Source of the DNA: Cyanophora paradoxa CCMP329
Taxonomy: Eukaryota > Plantae > Glaucophyta
Reading direction: 5' to 3'
NCBI GenBank assembly: GCA_004431415.1
Contig: QPMI01000490.1
Location: 62,001 to 126,000 of the forward strand
Length of the DNA stretch: 64,000 nucleotides
Shown: one piece after another, positions 1 to 12,800 of the stretch
Layout of the letters: each line of letters begins with the position of its first letter
Position numbering within the stretch: the stretch's first letter is position 1
Position numbers and translations under genes: made by a program
The notes under the pieces: model-generated
Database searches by the model: none
Told to the model about the DNA's origin: nothing
What the model saw: the letters and a program-made list of their open reading frames with translations, nothing else

Positions 1-284
1 GACAATTATGCCCTACCCCGAAACCGACTATATCGTTTTCTACTCGAAGAGCCCGTGCGCTCGGATCGAAAACAGCTGCATTACCCTTGCCCGCATCCAA
101 TGTCGCTGACGCCGCCCCAGGGCTTACATCACGAAGGTCCACTGCAGCTGTTATTGCGCCTGGCCTGCGGCACATACTTCGTGTCTTTCTAAGAGCTCTC
201 CGTTATGCGCAGGTCTACACGAACTGCCCCGTGGGCAGCGTGCGCGATTTTTGTGCTGCGGCTTAGACTCTTCTGCGGTACGTC

Positions 285-3200
285 TTGACCCCGCGTGCGA
301 ATGCGGCGCAGCATTTCAACAACGACTCGATTGCTGGGGAGGCTGTGGGGCCGAGCTGCGTCCCCATTCGACCGGGCCTTCACTCCAACAAGTCCGGCCT
401 TCTGAGCGCCGCGGAGGCCGATCCGTGCCCCGCCGGCACCTTCTCCCTCGGCGGGACCTCGGGCTGCCAGGTGCAAGCTCGAGGGCAGCCTTCAGTTAAA
501 CGCTGCCGCCTCTGTCCGGCCGCCCGCCGGCGCCAACCCCCCGCGCGCCTCTCGCAGCCGTGCCCCGCCGGCTCATACAGCGCCCCCGGCTCAGCATCCT
601 GCTACGGTCCGTCAATCTAGCGCGTGCAAGATTCATATTATTGTGTTCCTCACGCGCCGCAGACTGCCCTCAAAACACATATTCGATCACACCGGGCTCG
701 CCCTGCAAGCCTTGGTGCCCCACCTCCTCGCACGAAATCCACCGTACCATCCCTCACGGACCGTGCTCGCGATCGCCTTCGACAGTGCGAACAACTCGTT
801 CACGCAAACCGAGCGCTGGACATCCGGTGCCCGCCCACCGTCGCCGCGCGCGTCATCCCCGCGCCCGTGTTCATGAGCGTCGCCACGGGTGCAGAGTGCC
901 AGACGTGCCCGCCGGGCATGTACCTGCAGTACACGGGGGCTGCTGTCTGCACGCCCTGCCCGCCTCTGACCTACAGTGCTCGAGGTACTTTCGTACCCGT
1001 CCCGTCTCTATTCCAGTCGCACCATGCCTAAAGGGGCACAGGAACCCTCGGGTCCTGCAGCACGTGCCCCCCCGGGCAGGTGCCCAGTGTGGACGGCTCT
1101 CGCTGCGTGGATTGGTATCTTCTCTTTTGCTTCGCTCGGCTCTTTGGCTTGCTTTCGGCTCATACCGTTTTGTGCAGTCCGGCAGGGATGTACCAGCCGA
1201 ACAATGAGACAGGGTGCTTGTACTGCCCCTGGCTGACCTATTCCGCTGCCGGCGCATTCGGCAGCTGCACGCCCTGCCCGCCCGGTCAGCTGCAGCTCAA
1301 ATAATATTTGTACCCGCGTTCTAAACCTCGTCCGCAGGGTCGACGAGTCTTGAAGACGGGACGGAGTGCCGGCCCTGCGGGAAAGGCATGAAGGAGGAGG
1401 GCGGCATCTGCAAGCCCTGCGTCGGCAACACGTACAACCCGGAGCGCTACTCGACAGTCTGCCTCAGCTGGTTCGCATCTCTTTGATTCCCGTGCCTCGA
1501 CACCTCAGCTCGCGCTGCTCGTGCCTCGAGCACCTCGGCTGGCGCCGCTTGACGGTTCTGGTGCTGCCAGCCCGGACGGGTTCCAGGCGAGTGCGGACCA
1601 GGAGTCGTGCCAGGGCTGCCTCCCGGGCTTCTTCCGCTCGGGCAACATGTCCGCCTGCACGCAGTGCCCCCCGCAGGTGCCCCCGCACCAGCTTTGTCTC
1701 TCGCCTTGCAAGTCCCTCACGGCCCGTGGCCGTGCAGACCTTCAGCACCGGCGGCTCGGGCCACTGCAGGGCGTGCCCCCCCGGCACTGTCTCTACCCCC
1801 GAGCGGTCCGCTCTTCCCGCCCTCTTGCGCGGCGCCGGCGCCAACGAGTGCCCGCGCGAAGGACGGCCTGCGTGGACTGCAGGGCTGGCTTTTACGAGAG
1901 CAACGGCACTTGCATCGAGTGCGAATCTAACGTGAACTTGCGACGCAGCCTGCAGACCGTTCTTGATCTCGATTGGCAGGTGCCCCGACAACAGCGTGAC
2001 GCCGCTGGCGGGAGCGCAGGATTGCGTCGAGTGCGGACCAGGTCGGCTCCGTCGCAAGTTCGGCACTCAGTTTGATGTGACACGTTTTATCCGCAGGCTT
2101 TTATGCGTCGCGGGACCGTCAGAACTGCCTCCCATGCCTGCAGGTCTGGCAATGCTCACACATTGACATTCAAAATACATAACCTGACTTATAATTTCCG
2201 TGGTTTGTTTTAGGGCACGTACCGCGCAACTAATAACTACACTTGTATTCAATGCCCGTTTGGCTCCACGTCTGGCCCTGCTGCCGCTTTCTGCGAGCCT
2301 TGGTTTGCAGCACGTGAAATGGTCAAGCCCGCTCGTTCTTATATTGCTTCGCAGTCCACCCGGCACGCAGAGTTCGGATGACCGATCGGAATGCAGGGTG
2401 CACACGTCTGAGCTCTCCATCTCGGAGTCCAATCAATCGATTCTATCCACTAAGAGAGTAAACTGCTTTGCAGCCCTGCATCGCTGGATACTATGAGCTG
2501 AAAGGACTCTGCTACCAATGTCCTATGGTACCATCCCCCTTCTTTTAACTTTGCAGCATGCGCATATTCGTAGCGAGAGTCGTCTTCAGGGCACATTCAG
2601 CAGCATGGGGAGCCCGCTCTGTCAGCGGTGCCCGCAAGGGCAGATGTCGAATCCAGAGCGCACGGCCTGCATTTTGTGAGTCCCCTCCCCCACTTTATCC
2701 TGGGATTTTCTTCGGTATCCTCTTCCTGACGCCCTCGCAGCTGTCCTGTGCGTCGGCAGCGCTCCCGCGAAACCTCTCTTGCTGACCCCTAGATCTCTTG
2801 AATTCACGCACAGCCCGGCTTCTACGAAAATGCCACGTTCTGCATTCCCGTGCGTCGCCATGTTGGCAAACCATGTTGGCACGCTTGCCTGACGGAAGTC
2901 ACGCACTCGTCGCCCAGTGCCCAATTGGATCCATCTCTGTGCTCGGAGCAAACGAGTTTTCTAACTCGACAATGGTCTGCAAGAAGTGTGAGGAGGTGAT
3001 CTGTCTTCTTCAAATTTCTATTAAATGCAATTCAATAAATGCGCCTCAAATATAGGGCACGATCACCAACGATGACCGCACGAAATGCATCGACGTGCGC
3101 TTTCTGTGGTGTCATTCACCGCTGCTCTGCATATGCATCGTTGCCGAGCCCGGCCCCGGCGCAGTGCCCTGCGGGCTCCTACCAGCCCACCGGGCAGAAC

Positions 3201-6200
3201 ATATGCCTCCCCTGCAAGGCGGTGCGTTTACCTCTTGGCTTGGCACTGGACTTGCCTTCTCAAACCGAACCCGCCCCGCGCAGGGACACTACGCTCCAGG
3301 AAAGACCCACGGGGCGTGCCTTCCCTGCCCGCTGGGCTCCTACGCCTCCAGCGACGCGACGAGCTGCATCCCGTGCGAACCCGGTCCGTCTGCTCTCATC
3401 GCACCTGCGATTTCGCCTGCGCCCAAGCCCGTTCAGGCTTCTACATGCGCAACGGGTCCACTGTCTGCGAGCAGTGCCCGGCCAACACGTTCGCGGGAGC
3501 GCCGGGGCAGGCGGGCTCCTGCAAACCCTGCGCCCTCGGTGCCGTCTCCGCACCCGACTTCCGCTCGTGCTCGCTCTGCCGCCCCGGCACCGCCCGCAAT
3601 GCAAGCGCGACAATTTGCACGACGTGCGACCCTTCGAGCGTCTCGTCTAACTTCGGCGCCGCCTCCTGCACGCCCTGGTTAGCTTTTCTTGACTTTGACA
3701 AAGCTTTATCTTTGTTCGTGTCCCGACTCTGCTCCGCAGCCCTGCGGGCGCCGTCGCTCGATCTGACAGGTGCTTTAATCTTGAGAACGAACTTTAACAA
3801 ACGTTGAACAAACGCCATCCCGTTGCGATCGCAGGCAAGAGTGCATAACGTGTAACGCGGGGAGCATCCCTGTGGACGACGTCTGCGTGCTCTGCCCCGG
3901 CAACTCCACGGCCGCCCGCCGCGGCTCGACCGCCTGCGAGCCCTGCATGGCGGGCCACGTCTCCGACGCGGCGCGCCTCAGCTGCGGGGCGTGCCCGGCG
4001 GGCACGTTCGTGCCGCGCGGGGGGACGCGGTGCCTGCCGTGCGCGCGGAACAGCATCTCTTTCGAGGCTTCGACGGTGTGCGGGCCCTGCCTCGCCGGCT
4101 TCTCGAGCGAGGACTCGGTCGAGTGCGGTGAGGCCGCTCCTCTTTGACGCGCGTGTGCACGTGAATGCGCCGCAGTCTGACGTGATCGCCCCCCCCCCCC
4201 CCCCCCCCCCAGCCTCTTGCCCGCCCGGCTCCTTCCGCAACGCCACCATGGACTCGTGTATGCCTTGGTCCGCTCTCGCCCCGCCCCGTCCCAGCCCGCG
4301 CCCTTTCAAGCCGACTGCCGGCTGTGCGCAGCCCGTGGGGCTTCTTCGCCCGCGGAGAAGCAAACTCGAAGTGCGCCGAGTGCCCCACCGACAAGATCTG
4401 CCCCGTCGGTGCGCGTTCCCGGAACGCCTCTGGCCCTTCCTCTAGCCGGGCTCGCCCACCTGCGGCCCTGCAGGCTCTGCCGAGCCGATCGACATCGCGT
4501 TCAAGGGCGACGCGTCGGCCCTTCCTTCGCCCAGCGCCCCGGGCCGCCGGCAGCGCAGCCGTGCGCGGCGGCTGCTGGAAAGCCTGCTGCTGCCCGAGAA
4601 GCCCGGCTCTGGTGCCGTAGAGAGCGCCGCCGAGACCTTCGTCTACGGGTGCGCGCGGCCCGTCCGGCGCGCCGAGCCGCGCCACTCGTCGAGCGGGCGG
4701 GCGGCGGCGGCGGCGGCAGGACGAACACTGTGGTGGTCTCCCAGGCGGTCGTGCGGACGGAGGAGGAGGTCCAGACGCGCCTCAGTCGCGTGCGCCCAAG
4801 TCCCAGCTTTCGCCTCCGGCGTCCATTTAAAATACGCGATCTCTGACTCGCGACGCCGACGTCGCCATTCCCAGCTCTTTGCGGTGCTGACGGCGGCGGC
4901 GGTCGGGTTCGTGCTGGTCCTCGGCCTTCTGGGGTACATCTACCTGCGCGTCCTGCCCGCCTCCACCGCCCGCCGCGCCGCCCGCTTCCGCCTCGTCCAG
5001 CGCCTCCACCTTCTATTCCGGGGTACCTCTATTCTATTAGAGCGACCCCCCCCCCCCCCCCCCCCCCGCCCCCCTCTTTCCCACTGAATAGAGGTCTCGT
5101 TCGTTTGCAGAGCCGGAGGACGAGGAGGAGGAGGCGGCGCGGGAGACGGCGGCCAAGGCGGGGGAGTACACGCCGCTCCGGAACCAGACCGTCCCCGGCG
5201 CCTTCTTCTCGACCCTCGCGATCGCCGGCGTCGCCGTCGCAGGCCCGCGCCTCTTTCGCTTGCCGCTGCTTTGCTCGGCCGGCCTGACTCCTCGCCCAGT
5301 CTCTTTCGTGGCCGCGCAAGCACTTTACGCGAACTACACCGTGCGCTGACCGCCACGCGCCTTCCGTGCAGCTTGCTTGTGTGGCCGACGCGGCCCTGCA
5401 GATCGTGCAGTCGCTGGCGCCCGGCGTCTCGCCGTCGGGGGCGGCCATCCGGGGCACCTTCGCCCTCTCCGCCGTCTTCCGCGGCTACCGCGGCGAGTGC
5501 CGCGCCGGCGCCGACGCCGACTTCGCCAGCGGCGGCTTCTCCGGCGTTGAGACACTGACAACCGTTCCCGCTGATGCCGGCGCCTCCTGCAAGTGCGCAA
5601 CCCGCTCCGACTGGTTCCAACTGCCACTGACGGCGCACATTGCCGCGCAGCGCAACGTGGACTTGCACGTCCTGCAGGCAACCGCGCCCCGCCCCCGCCC
5701 CGCCCCGCCCCTCGCCGGCTCGAGCAGCGGCGCGCAGGATCGCGGCGGCGGAGGACGTGCGCGTCGTGCTCCGCCTCCGCTCCCGCCTCGCCTTCGCCGC
5801 CAGCATCCTCTACTCCATCCAGGCCCGCGTCCCGCCCGCCCCGCCGGGCTGGCGCCGCTGAGGCGGGCGGGGGCGGGGCAGGTGCCGGAGCACGTGAGGG
5901 CGGAGGGTCTTCTGACGACCGCCTCCAACGCGACCGTCTTCCGCGGCTCGGCCGCCCTCCTCCTCCCCGTCGACCTCACTCCCATGCACTTCACCTCCCG
6001 GCCGCGCCCCGCCCCCCCCCCCCCCCCCCCCCTCCTCCCCCTCCCCCCCTCCCCATTCACCCTCTCCAGGCCGCTGACCCTTCGTGCAGGCGGACGGGAC
6101 GCCACGCTACTTTGCGGCCCTTTCCTCCACGGAGACCCTTCAGACCGAGCGCGGCGAGCGCAACTTTGTAAGTACATAATTTCCTGTAGTCGCCGCGCGC

Positions 6201-7955
6201 CATCGATCCATTTGCAGGCGATCTGCGCGCCGACGCGGCCGCTGACGGACCCGGCGTGCGGGGAGGAGGTCGTCCAGCTCGGCGCCGCCTTCCGCATCGC
6301 GCAGGTGCCGCCCCTGTCGCCGCCGCCGCTGGCGGATCGCGCCGCGCGCGGCGTCGGCGCCGGCGCCGGCCTCACGCGGCGCCGCGCAGGTGTACGTCTT
6401 GGTGGACCGGAAGGTGCTCGCAACGGCCCTCGACACGCTCGCCAACGCCCTCTCCCTCGCCGGCGCCGCGTTCGGCGCCGGCGCCGAGGGCCTCGCCGCA
6501 TACATTTTTGTCCGCCGCCTCCTGCGGGTGCGTCTCCTGGAGCGCGCCGCGATCGACTGTCGGGGGCCTCGTGACCAGCCCCGCCCGCAGCGAAAGCTCA
6601 AGGTGCGGCTTGTCGAAACGGAGGAAGACGTGAAGGAAGAGGCCCACGGAGGGGCGGCGCCCGCGGGCGAGGGCGGCGGCGTCGACGTCGGGAGCTCCGG
6701 GAAGGCTGGCGGCGCGGAAGAGGTATCCATGGCCGGGGCGAGGGACAAATTCGCGAGCGTGACGCTCCTCGACGAGTCGCCGCGGGACGGGTCGCGCGCG
6801 TCTCCGCGGCCCGCCACGACGGCGGTCTCAGCCGAGCGGACCCCCAGCTTCGAGCGGACGGAGTTCGAGGCTGGCGCCGGCGCCGGCGCCGACGCAGGCC
6901 TTGCTTGCACCTTGGACCCGACGACGCCGCCGGCGACGGCGACGAGGCTGCCGCGCCGCCCGTTCAGCTTCCGCGAGGCGCACGCATCGGCAGCGGGATC
7001 GGGGTCAGGGGAGGGGCCAGAAGGCGAGGCGGCCTGGCCCGTGCCAACGACCCGGTCCCTCGGGCGGCGCGGCAGCGCCGTTGCCCCCGCGCCGAGCGAC
7101 TTCTTTCTTTCTTCCGGCCCGGGCCCGCGGGCTGCCGCGGAGCAGGGGCCGGCGGGGCGGACGAGGCGGGTGGCGTCTGTGGTGCTGGACGTGGCGCCCG
7201 TGCTCGGGAGCACCGGCGAGCCGGTCGCCCTCGACGTCCCCCTCCACGAGCTCGAGGCGGGGCCCGGCCTCGCCGCCCCTCTCGTCGCGATCGCCACGCC
7301 CGCCGCCCCGCGCCCCGCCTCCGCGGCGCCTCCCTCGTCTGCCTCGAGCTCGCGATCGCCGCGACCGGCTCCGTCCGAGCACGGGAGCCCGCGCCCGGCA
7401 CCGGAGCTGGCGTCCTCCCCCCAGCACTCCCCGCGCCACCCCGCGCTGGCCCCGCCCCTGCCCCCCGCTGGAGCGGAGCCTCTCGGCTTGCAATTGGAGA
7501 GCGCCCGGTTCACGCCTCCCACGCCGCCGCGGCCCCGCGACAGCCCCCTCCCTCCGGATCCGGAACCAGCGCCCCCCGCCGCGGCCGCCCCCGCGATCAA
7601 ATTCGCCGACGCGCTCCGCGCGTCCGCGCCGGCCCCGGAGCAGGGCCCGTCGCTCTCAAAAGAGGCGAGGAGGCCCCTGGCACCGCCTATGCGAAGGCAG
7701 CGGCGCTCGGCGAGCCTCGTGGACATGACGCACACGGTTCAACAAGCGGGCGCCGGCGAGCTCCCGGGCCCGCCCCGCGAGGTCTGGCACCTCGCGAACC
7801 TCGGTGCCCCGGCCTCTCCGGCGGCGCCCGCGCCGCACGTGCACGCCGGCGCCGTGCCGGCGCCAAATGCGGCGCGGGCGGTCTTGCCACGGAACGCCTC
7901 CGCCCCGAGTATGGTGCACATTCTCGAGCAGCTTGACAAGGTCGAGAACGCGTAG
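285..7955 (+). CDS. Multi-exon Cys-rich GCC2/GCC3 (ephrin-receptor-like) repeat membrane protein; 5' end not defined
   Basis: Dozens of CxxCPxGxY/F motifs across successive short exons (PCPAGTFSLGGTSGCQ, CQTCPPGMYLQYTGAAVCTPCPPLTYS, CEQCPANTFAGAPGQAGSCKPCALG). TM-like segment AVLTAAAVGFVLVLGLLGYIYL at about 4880-4945. Second hydrophobic segment near 6430-6510, then a Pro/Ala/Ser-rich tail ending at TAG 7953-7955. Confidence 0.75.
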
Positions 7956-9169
7956 CTATAGCATGAAAGGCTCTATAGCTAGATCTACGTACCAGCTCCA
8001 GATCTGATGTCGTAGTATATAATATTACTAGTTGCGCAGGCGTTACTTAGATATAGTATATTTCGAATTAGATTTGCGTCGTGCCCTCCACACAGATCCT
8101 ACAATGATCCCACAATTGCAATAAAAATTGCAATACTATTAGAGCAAGCGTGACTCGGCTTGACAGTATCCCTGTGATTCCCGATACCGTGACTTGTATC
8201 CTCGTTGTGTACTACGAGTGGGCACGCCCACCGTAGATCTTAAAAAAAAAAAAAATTGACAGTAAATAAGATTATGATGTTTTCGATAGGATTTTGATCA
8301 ATGCGCGATGCTGATGTTCGAACTACGAAATTCTTGCAGTTGTGAATTAAACTCGCATCCGATGATACGAAACGTACGAGTTGGCCAGCTCCACATCACT
8401 CGTAAAATTAAAGCTATAGGCGGGATTAATATGTATATAATGTTGTTTTCTGACTGCCTCGCTGCACCTGATCATGAATTCGAAATAGGCTTACGTGATC
8501 ATGATCTCATGATAATGAGCCAACGTCAACGAGCAGTTGCGTAGTGACACACGCACTGTGGCGCCTGGATCCCCCCGCCCGCATGCGCACCGGCCCACAA
8601 GTACTGTACTACTAGTACTTGCAGCTTGGGCGCGGTCACCGTGGCACTTAAGCTAGTGCACGTGCACGTGCTCATTTGCACGCTGCAATTTGCACCAGCG
8701 CTAGCTATAGGCACCTAGTGGCACACTCATATGCACGCTGCAGCTGCAGATATATAAGTCTCTCCCCGGGCTAGCTGGGCCGGCCTGCTGCGGGAACACA
8801 TGCGCATGCAAATCTAGATTTCAAGCATATTGATCCGTCCATGCACCTAGATCTGTCCATGCGTATTCTCAAGCCCGATATTAATACCACTATCGTACAT
8901 GGGACAGAGATCACAATGAATCCTGCTAGGCTACTTGAATGTCATACGTATACGACATAATATACTGAAAGTGAAATACAGACGAGTCGCAACACCGGTG
9001 ACTCCGTAGCCTCTCAAAAAAAAGCCTCCGAATCCGAATCTAAAGATCTAGAAGTTGAACAAACGCGGGGACGCCCGCAGAAATAAGAATAGTTCTTCAA
9101 GGAGACATATAAATTATGCGCAGTTCTCCAAGGAATAAGCTGAACGGTGCACACGCCGGGGGACGTCAT

Positions 9170-9854
9170 CTAAGACTTGGGGCCGTTGGAGAGCTTGCGG
9201 AAGCGGGCGGAGGTGGAGGCGCCCGGGTTGGAGGTGACGGAGCTCTGGCGGGAGAGGGCCGGCTGCTTGCGCACGACCTGCACCTCGCGCCAGTGCCCGC
9301 TCGTGTCGCCCTCATCCGCGACCACCGCGGCGGCGGCGGCCGCCTCCTCCGCCAGCGCCGCCAAGTGCGCCTGCGTCGGGGCCACCGCGTGGTGCCCGTG
9401 CCCGTGCCCGCCGTGGCCGTGGCGCCCGTGCGGGCCCGTGTGCATGTTCAGGAAGCTCGTCGGCGAGGCGACGACGGCCGAGATGACGACGCTGCCGCCG
9501 CCGTCGCCGTCGTCCAGGGCGGGCGGCATGGCGGAGAGCGTCGGGATCTCGGGGTGCGCGGTCGGCCGGTCGCTCTGCCCGCGCGCCGGCCCGATGTGGT
9601 ACACCGCGCTGTCGGCGCGGGCGAAGGCGCCGGCGCCGGCGCCGAGGGCGCGCAGGTTCGTGAACTCGACGGGGCCGCCGTCGCCGTCGCCGTCGGGCTG
9701 GTCGAGGTCGATGCCGGCGACGCGGGAGCGGCTGCGGCGGACGAGCGTGCGGCGGATGCCGTACGCGGAGAGGCCGACGACGAGCGCCGCGGCGACGGCG
9801 CCGACGACGATGCCGGCGACCACGGCCGCCTGGTTCACGCCCGAGGCCCCCGCC

Positions 9855-9887
<33 letters not shown>

Positions 9888-12800
9888 GCGCCCGAGCCGC
9901 CCGCGACGCTCGTGTCAAGCGACGGCGCGCCGGGCCCTGGAAGGTGGAGCCCGAGCCCGAGCCCGAGCCCGGCGTGGACGGCTGCTGGGCGGTGTTGGTG
10001 GCGGGGCCAGAGCCGGCGCCGGCGCCCGACTGCCCGCCGGCGACGGGCGCGAGCGGGTCGGACGAGGCTGGCGGGGCCGGGGCGCTGTACGAGTAGCCGG
10101 CGACGTTCGAGACGCCGCTGACGGTGAGGCCGCCGAGGCGCAGCGTGCCGGCGCTGACGCGCGCCGCCAGCGACTCAAAGAGGGACGCCGGCGCCGGGGC
10201 CGAGCCGCCGGCCGCGGCCGCGATGGCGACGTCGATGAGGATGGAGCCGCAGCGGACGGCGCCGACGGAGAGCTGGCCGGCGCCGCGCCCGAGCGACTCG
10301 ACCAGGGACGCCGCGATGGCCGCCGGCGAGTTGCTCGCGATGAAGTCGTTGCAGACGTCCGCAGAGGCGACGGCGATGCGCAGCGTGAGCGAGATCGGCT
10401 GCGGCGTTGGCGCAGACGCCGGTGCAGAGGTCTCCTCGGCGCCCGCGGCCGGCGTTGGGCTCGGCTGCGCGGCCGCCGGCTGCGCCGAGGGCGCGGGCGA
10501 CGGCGCGGCCCCCTCCGCGGCGGCGGCGGCGGCCGGCGTGGGCGCGGGCGTGGGCTGCGCGGGCGCCGCCTCGGGCTCGGCGGGCTCGTCGCTGACGGAG
10601 CGCGGGGCCGGCGGCGGCGGCGGCGTCTCGACGAGCACGTCGCGGACGGTCATGTTCGCCGCCTGCGCCAGGAGGGCGCTGAAGTTGCCCGACTCGGTCT
10701 TGGCGGCGATGAGCGCCGCCAGCTGCGCCAGCTCGCCGTACAGCTCCTCGGCGGCCGTCGTGCAGTTGGCGCCCATCACGATGTCGTCCACCGTGCACGT
10801 GCCGTTGCCGCCGCCGCCGCCCGCGGCCGGCCCCGTCGCGTTCGCGCTCGCCGCCGCGTCGGTGCCATTGAGTGCGGCCGAGCCGACGGGCACCTCGTCC
10901 GTCGTCGCCGGCGGCGTCTGCTCCGAGTAGCTGCGGGGCAAAGACGCGGTTCGTGAGCGGCGGCCGCGGGCGGCACTGCGGGCGGCGCGCTCGAGCTCGC
11001 GGCTCACCCCTCGGGGAGGATGTGGACGTCGACGGTCGACTCGCCTGCCAGCAGGCTGCGCCGGCTCGTCCCCGCGACGACGCTCACGACGCGGATGCGC
11101 AGCGGGTCGATGTTCAGCATGAAGGCCAGGCCCTGCACGAAGCTCGCCGTCCCCGAGTTGCTGCCAGGCGGGGCGATCAGCAATTAAGCTTCGGCTTTCA
11201 CTTCGAAGAGATCGAGAACGGATGCGAGCGGAGCGCACAGGAACTGCTCGGTGGGCATCTCGACGGTGAGGGAGACTTTGACGACGGGGACGACGCGGAG
11301 GGTGACGACGGCGCCGCCGCCGCGCACGACGAGGTGCAGCCGGCGCGCCACGAAGTCGAAGTGGTTCGAGCCGACGGGGTCAGTCAGCCGCGGCACGCTC
11401 GCGTTCATCGGGACGAAGACGGAGGCCACGGCGGCGCCGGCGCCGGCGCCGGCGCCGCGGACGAAGACGTCGATGCGGTGCGCCCGCATGTACAGGAGCG
11501 AGACGACCATCGAGTCGGAGGCGGTGCCCGTCAGCTGGCTCACGGTCATCACGTCGGGCATGGTGCCCGTGAAGGAGACGTTGGCGCGGCGGCCGGCGGG
11601 GATGACGGTGAAGAAGGTCGACGGCTTCGTGCGGCAGCGGTAGCCCATGCACCAGCCGAAGAAGGAGGGGCCGTTGATGACGTCGAGCGCGTCATCGACG
11701 TAGACGCCGACGGGGCCGATGCGGCGCGTCAGGCTGTCCGCGTCCTGCGAGGCGAACACGACCTGCTGGTGGTTGAGCTCCGGCCCCAGGCACCAGTACG
11801 CGTTGCCGGCCGGGACGAGGAGGCAGTCCTTGCGGGCGATGCCCTCCACGGGCTGCGCCGGGTTCCAGCGCGCCCACGGGACCTGGAGGGGGCGGGACAT
11901 GTCGCCGGCGGCGGCGGCGGCCACGTCGAGGCGGAGCCAGTCGTCGGAGAAGGCCTGGTGCGACGTGATGACCGAGCCGCCGCGGAAGCCCGTCAGCGTC
12001 CCGTCGGCGTCGCGGAAGAGGCTGCCGGGCGGCGCGCGCGGCCGCGTCAGGCGAAAGAAAGGAAGGACGGGGGCGGACTCGCGCGGACCACTTCTTGGCG
12101 GCGTCGCAGTGCATGTTGCCGCAGGTGTCCTCGTCGGGTGGCGCGGGCGGCCCGAAGCGGACGAAGTCCTCGCGCGAGACGTTGGCGAGCTCGATGCCCG
12201 AGAAGGTGTGCGCCACGCAGCGGTCCCCGCTCTTGTTGTTGTTCGTCATGCCCCACGACGCGACGCTGAGGAAAGCAGAAGGATGTAAGAGACTGCATGC
12301 AAACTTCGGAAATGTGTGCATTGTAATCGAGCACCCGCAGGAGTCGAAGGCGGGCCCGAAGTTGGCGAAGAGGACGTTGGAGAAGAAGGCCTCGCCGAGG
12401 GGCGACGGCGGCTCCTTGACGCCGCCGGCCGGCCAGTCCTCGTCCTTGAGGACCGTCGGGAAAGAGGCGACGAAGACGCCGACGGTCGGGTCCGAGTGCT
12501 CGTGCGACTCGACCGGGCGGTACGCCGGCGGCCGCAGCGCGCAGTCGCGCTGCGCCGTGTGGCCCACGACGGCCGAGTTGCGGAACTGCACCTCGCGGCC
12601 CCTCCCGAGCTGTCGAGGGAGTTTAGATTTTTTTTATAGGCCAGGACGCAACATCCGAGATTGCTCTTCGACATCGCACCGTGATGAGCATGCCCTGCTT
12701 GTTGTCGACGAGGTTGACGCGGTCGACCTCGAGGAAGGAGGCGCCCAGGATGTTGACGTAGATGCCGTAGTCCCAGCTCTTCCAGACCGTGAAGTCGCTC

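Noticed and set aside
4188-4208. Long poly-C tracts (also about 5046, 6013, 24546, 27038)
   Set aside because: Intronic or intergenic homopolymers typical of this C-rich intron style, and their lengths are unreliable in the assembly.
5025-5095. 10-bp inverted repeat (ACCTCTATTC/GAATAGAGGT) near the ends of one intron, around a poly-C run
   Set aside because: Single short instance with no second similar intron found. Insufficient to call an introner element.
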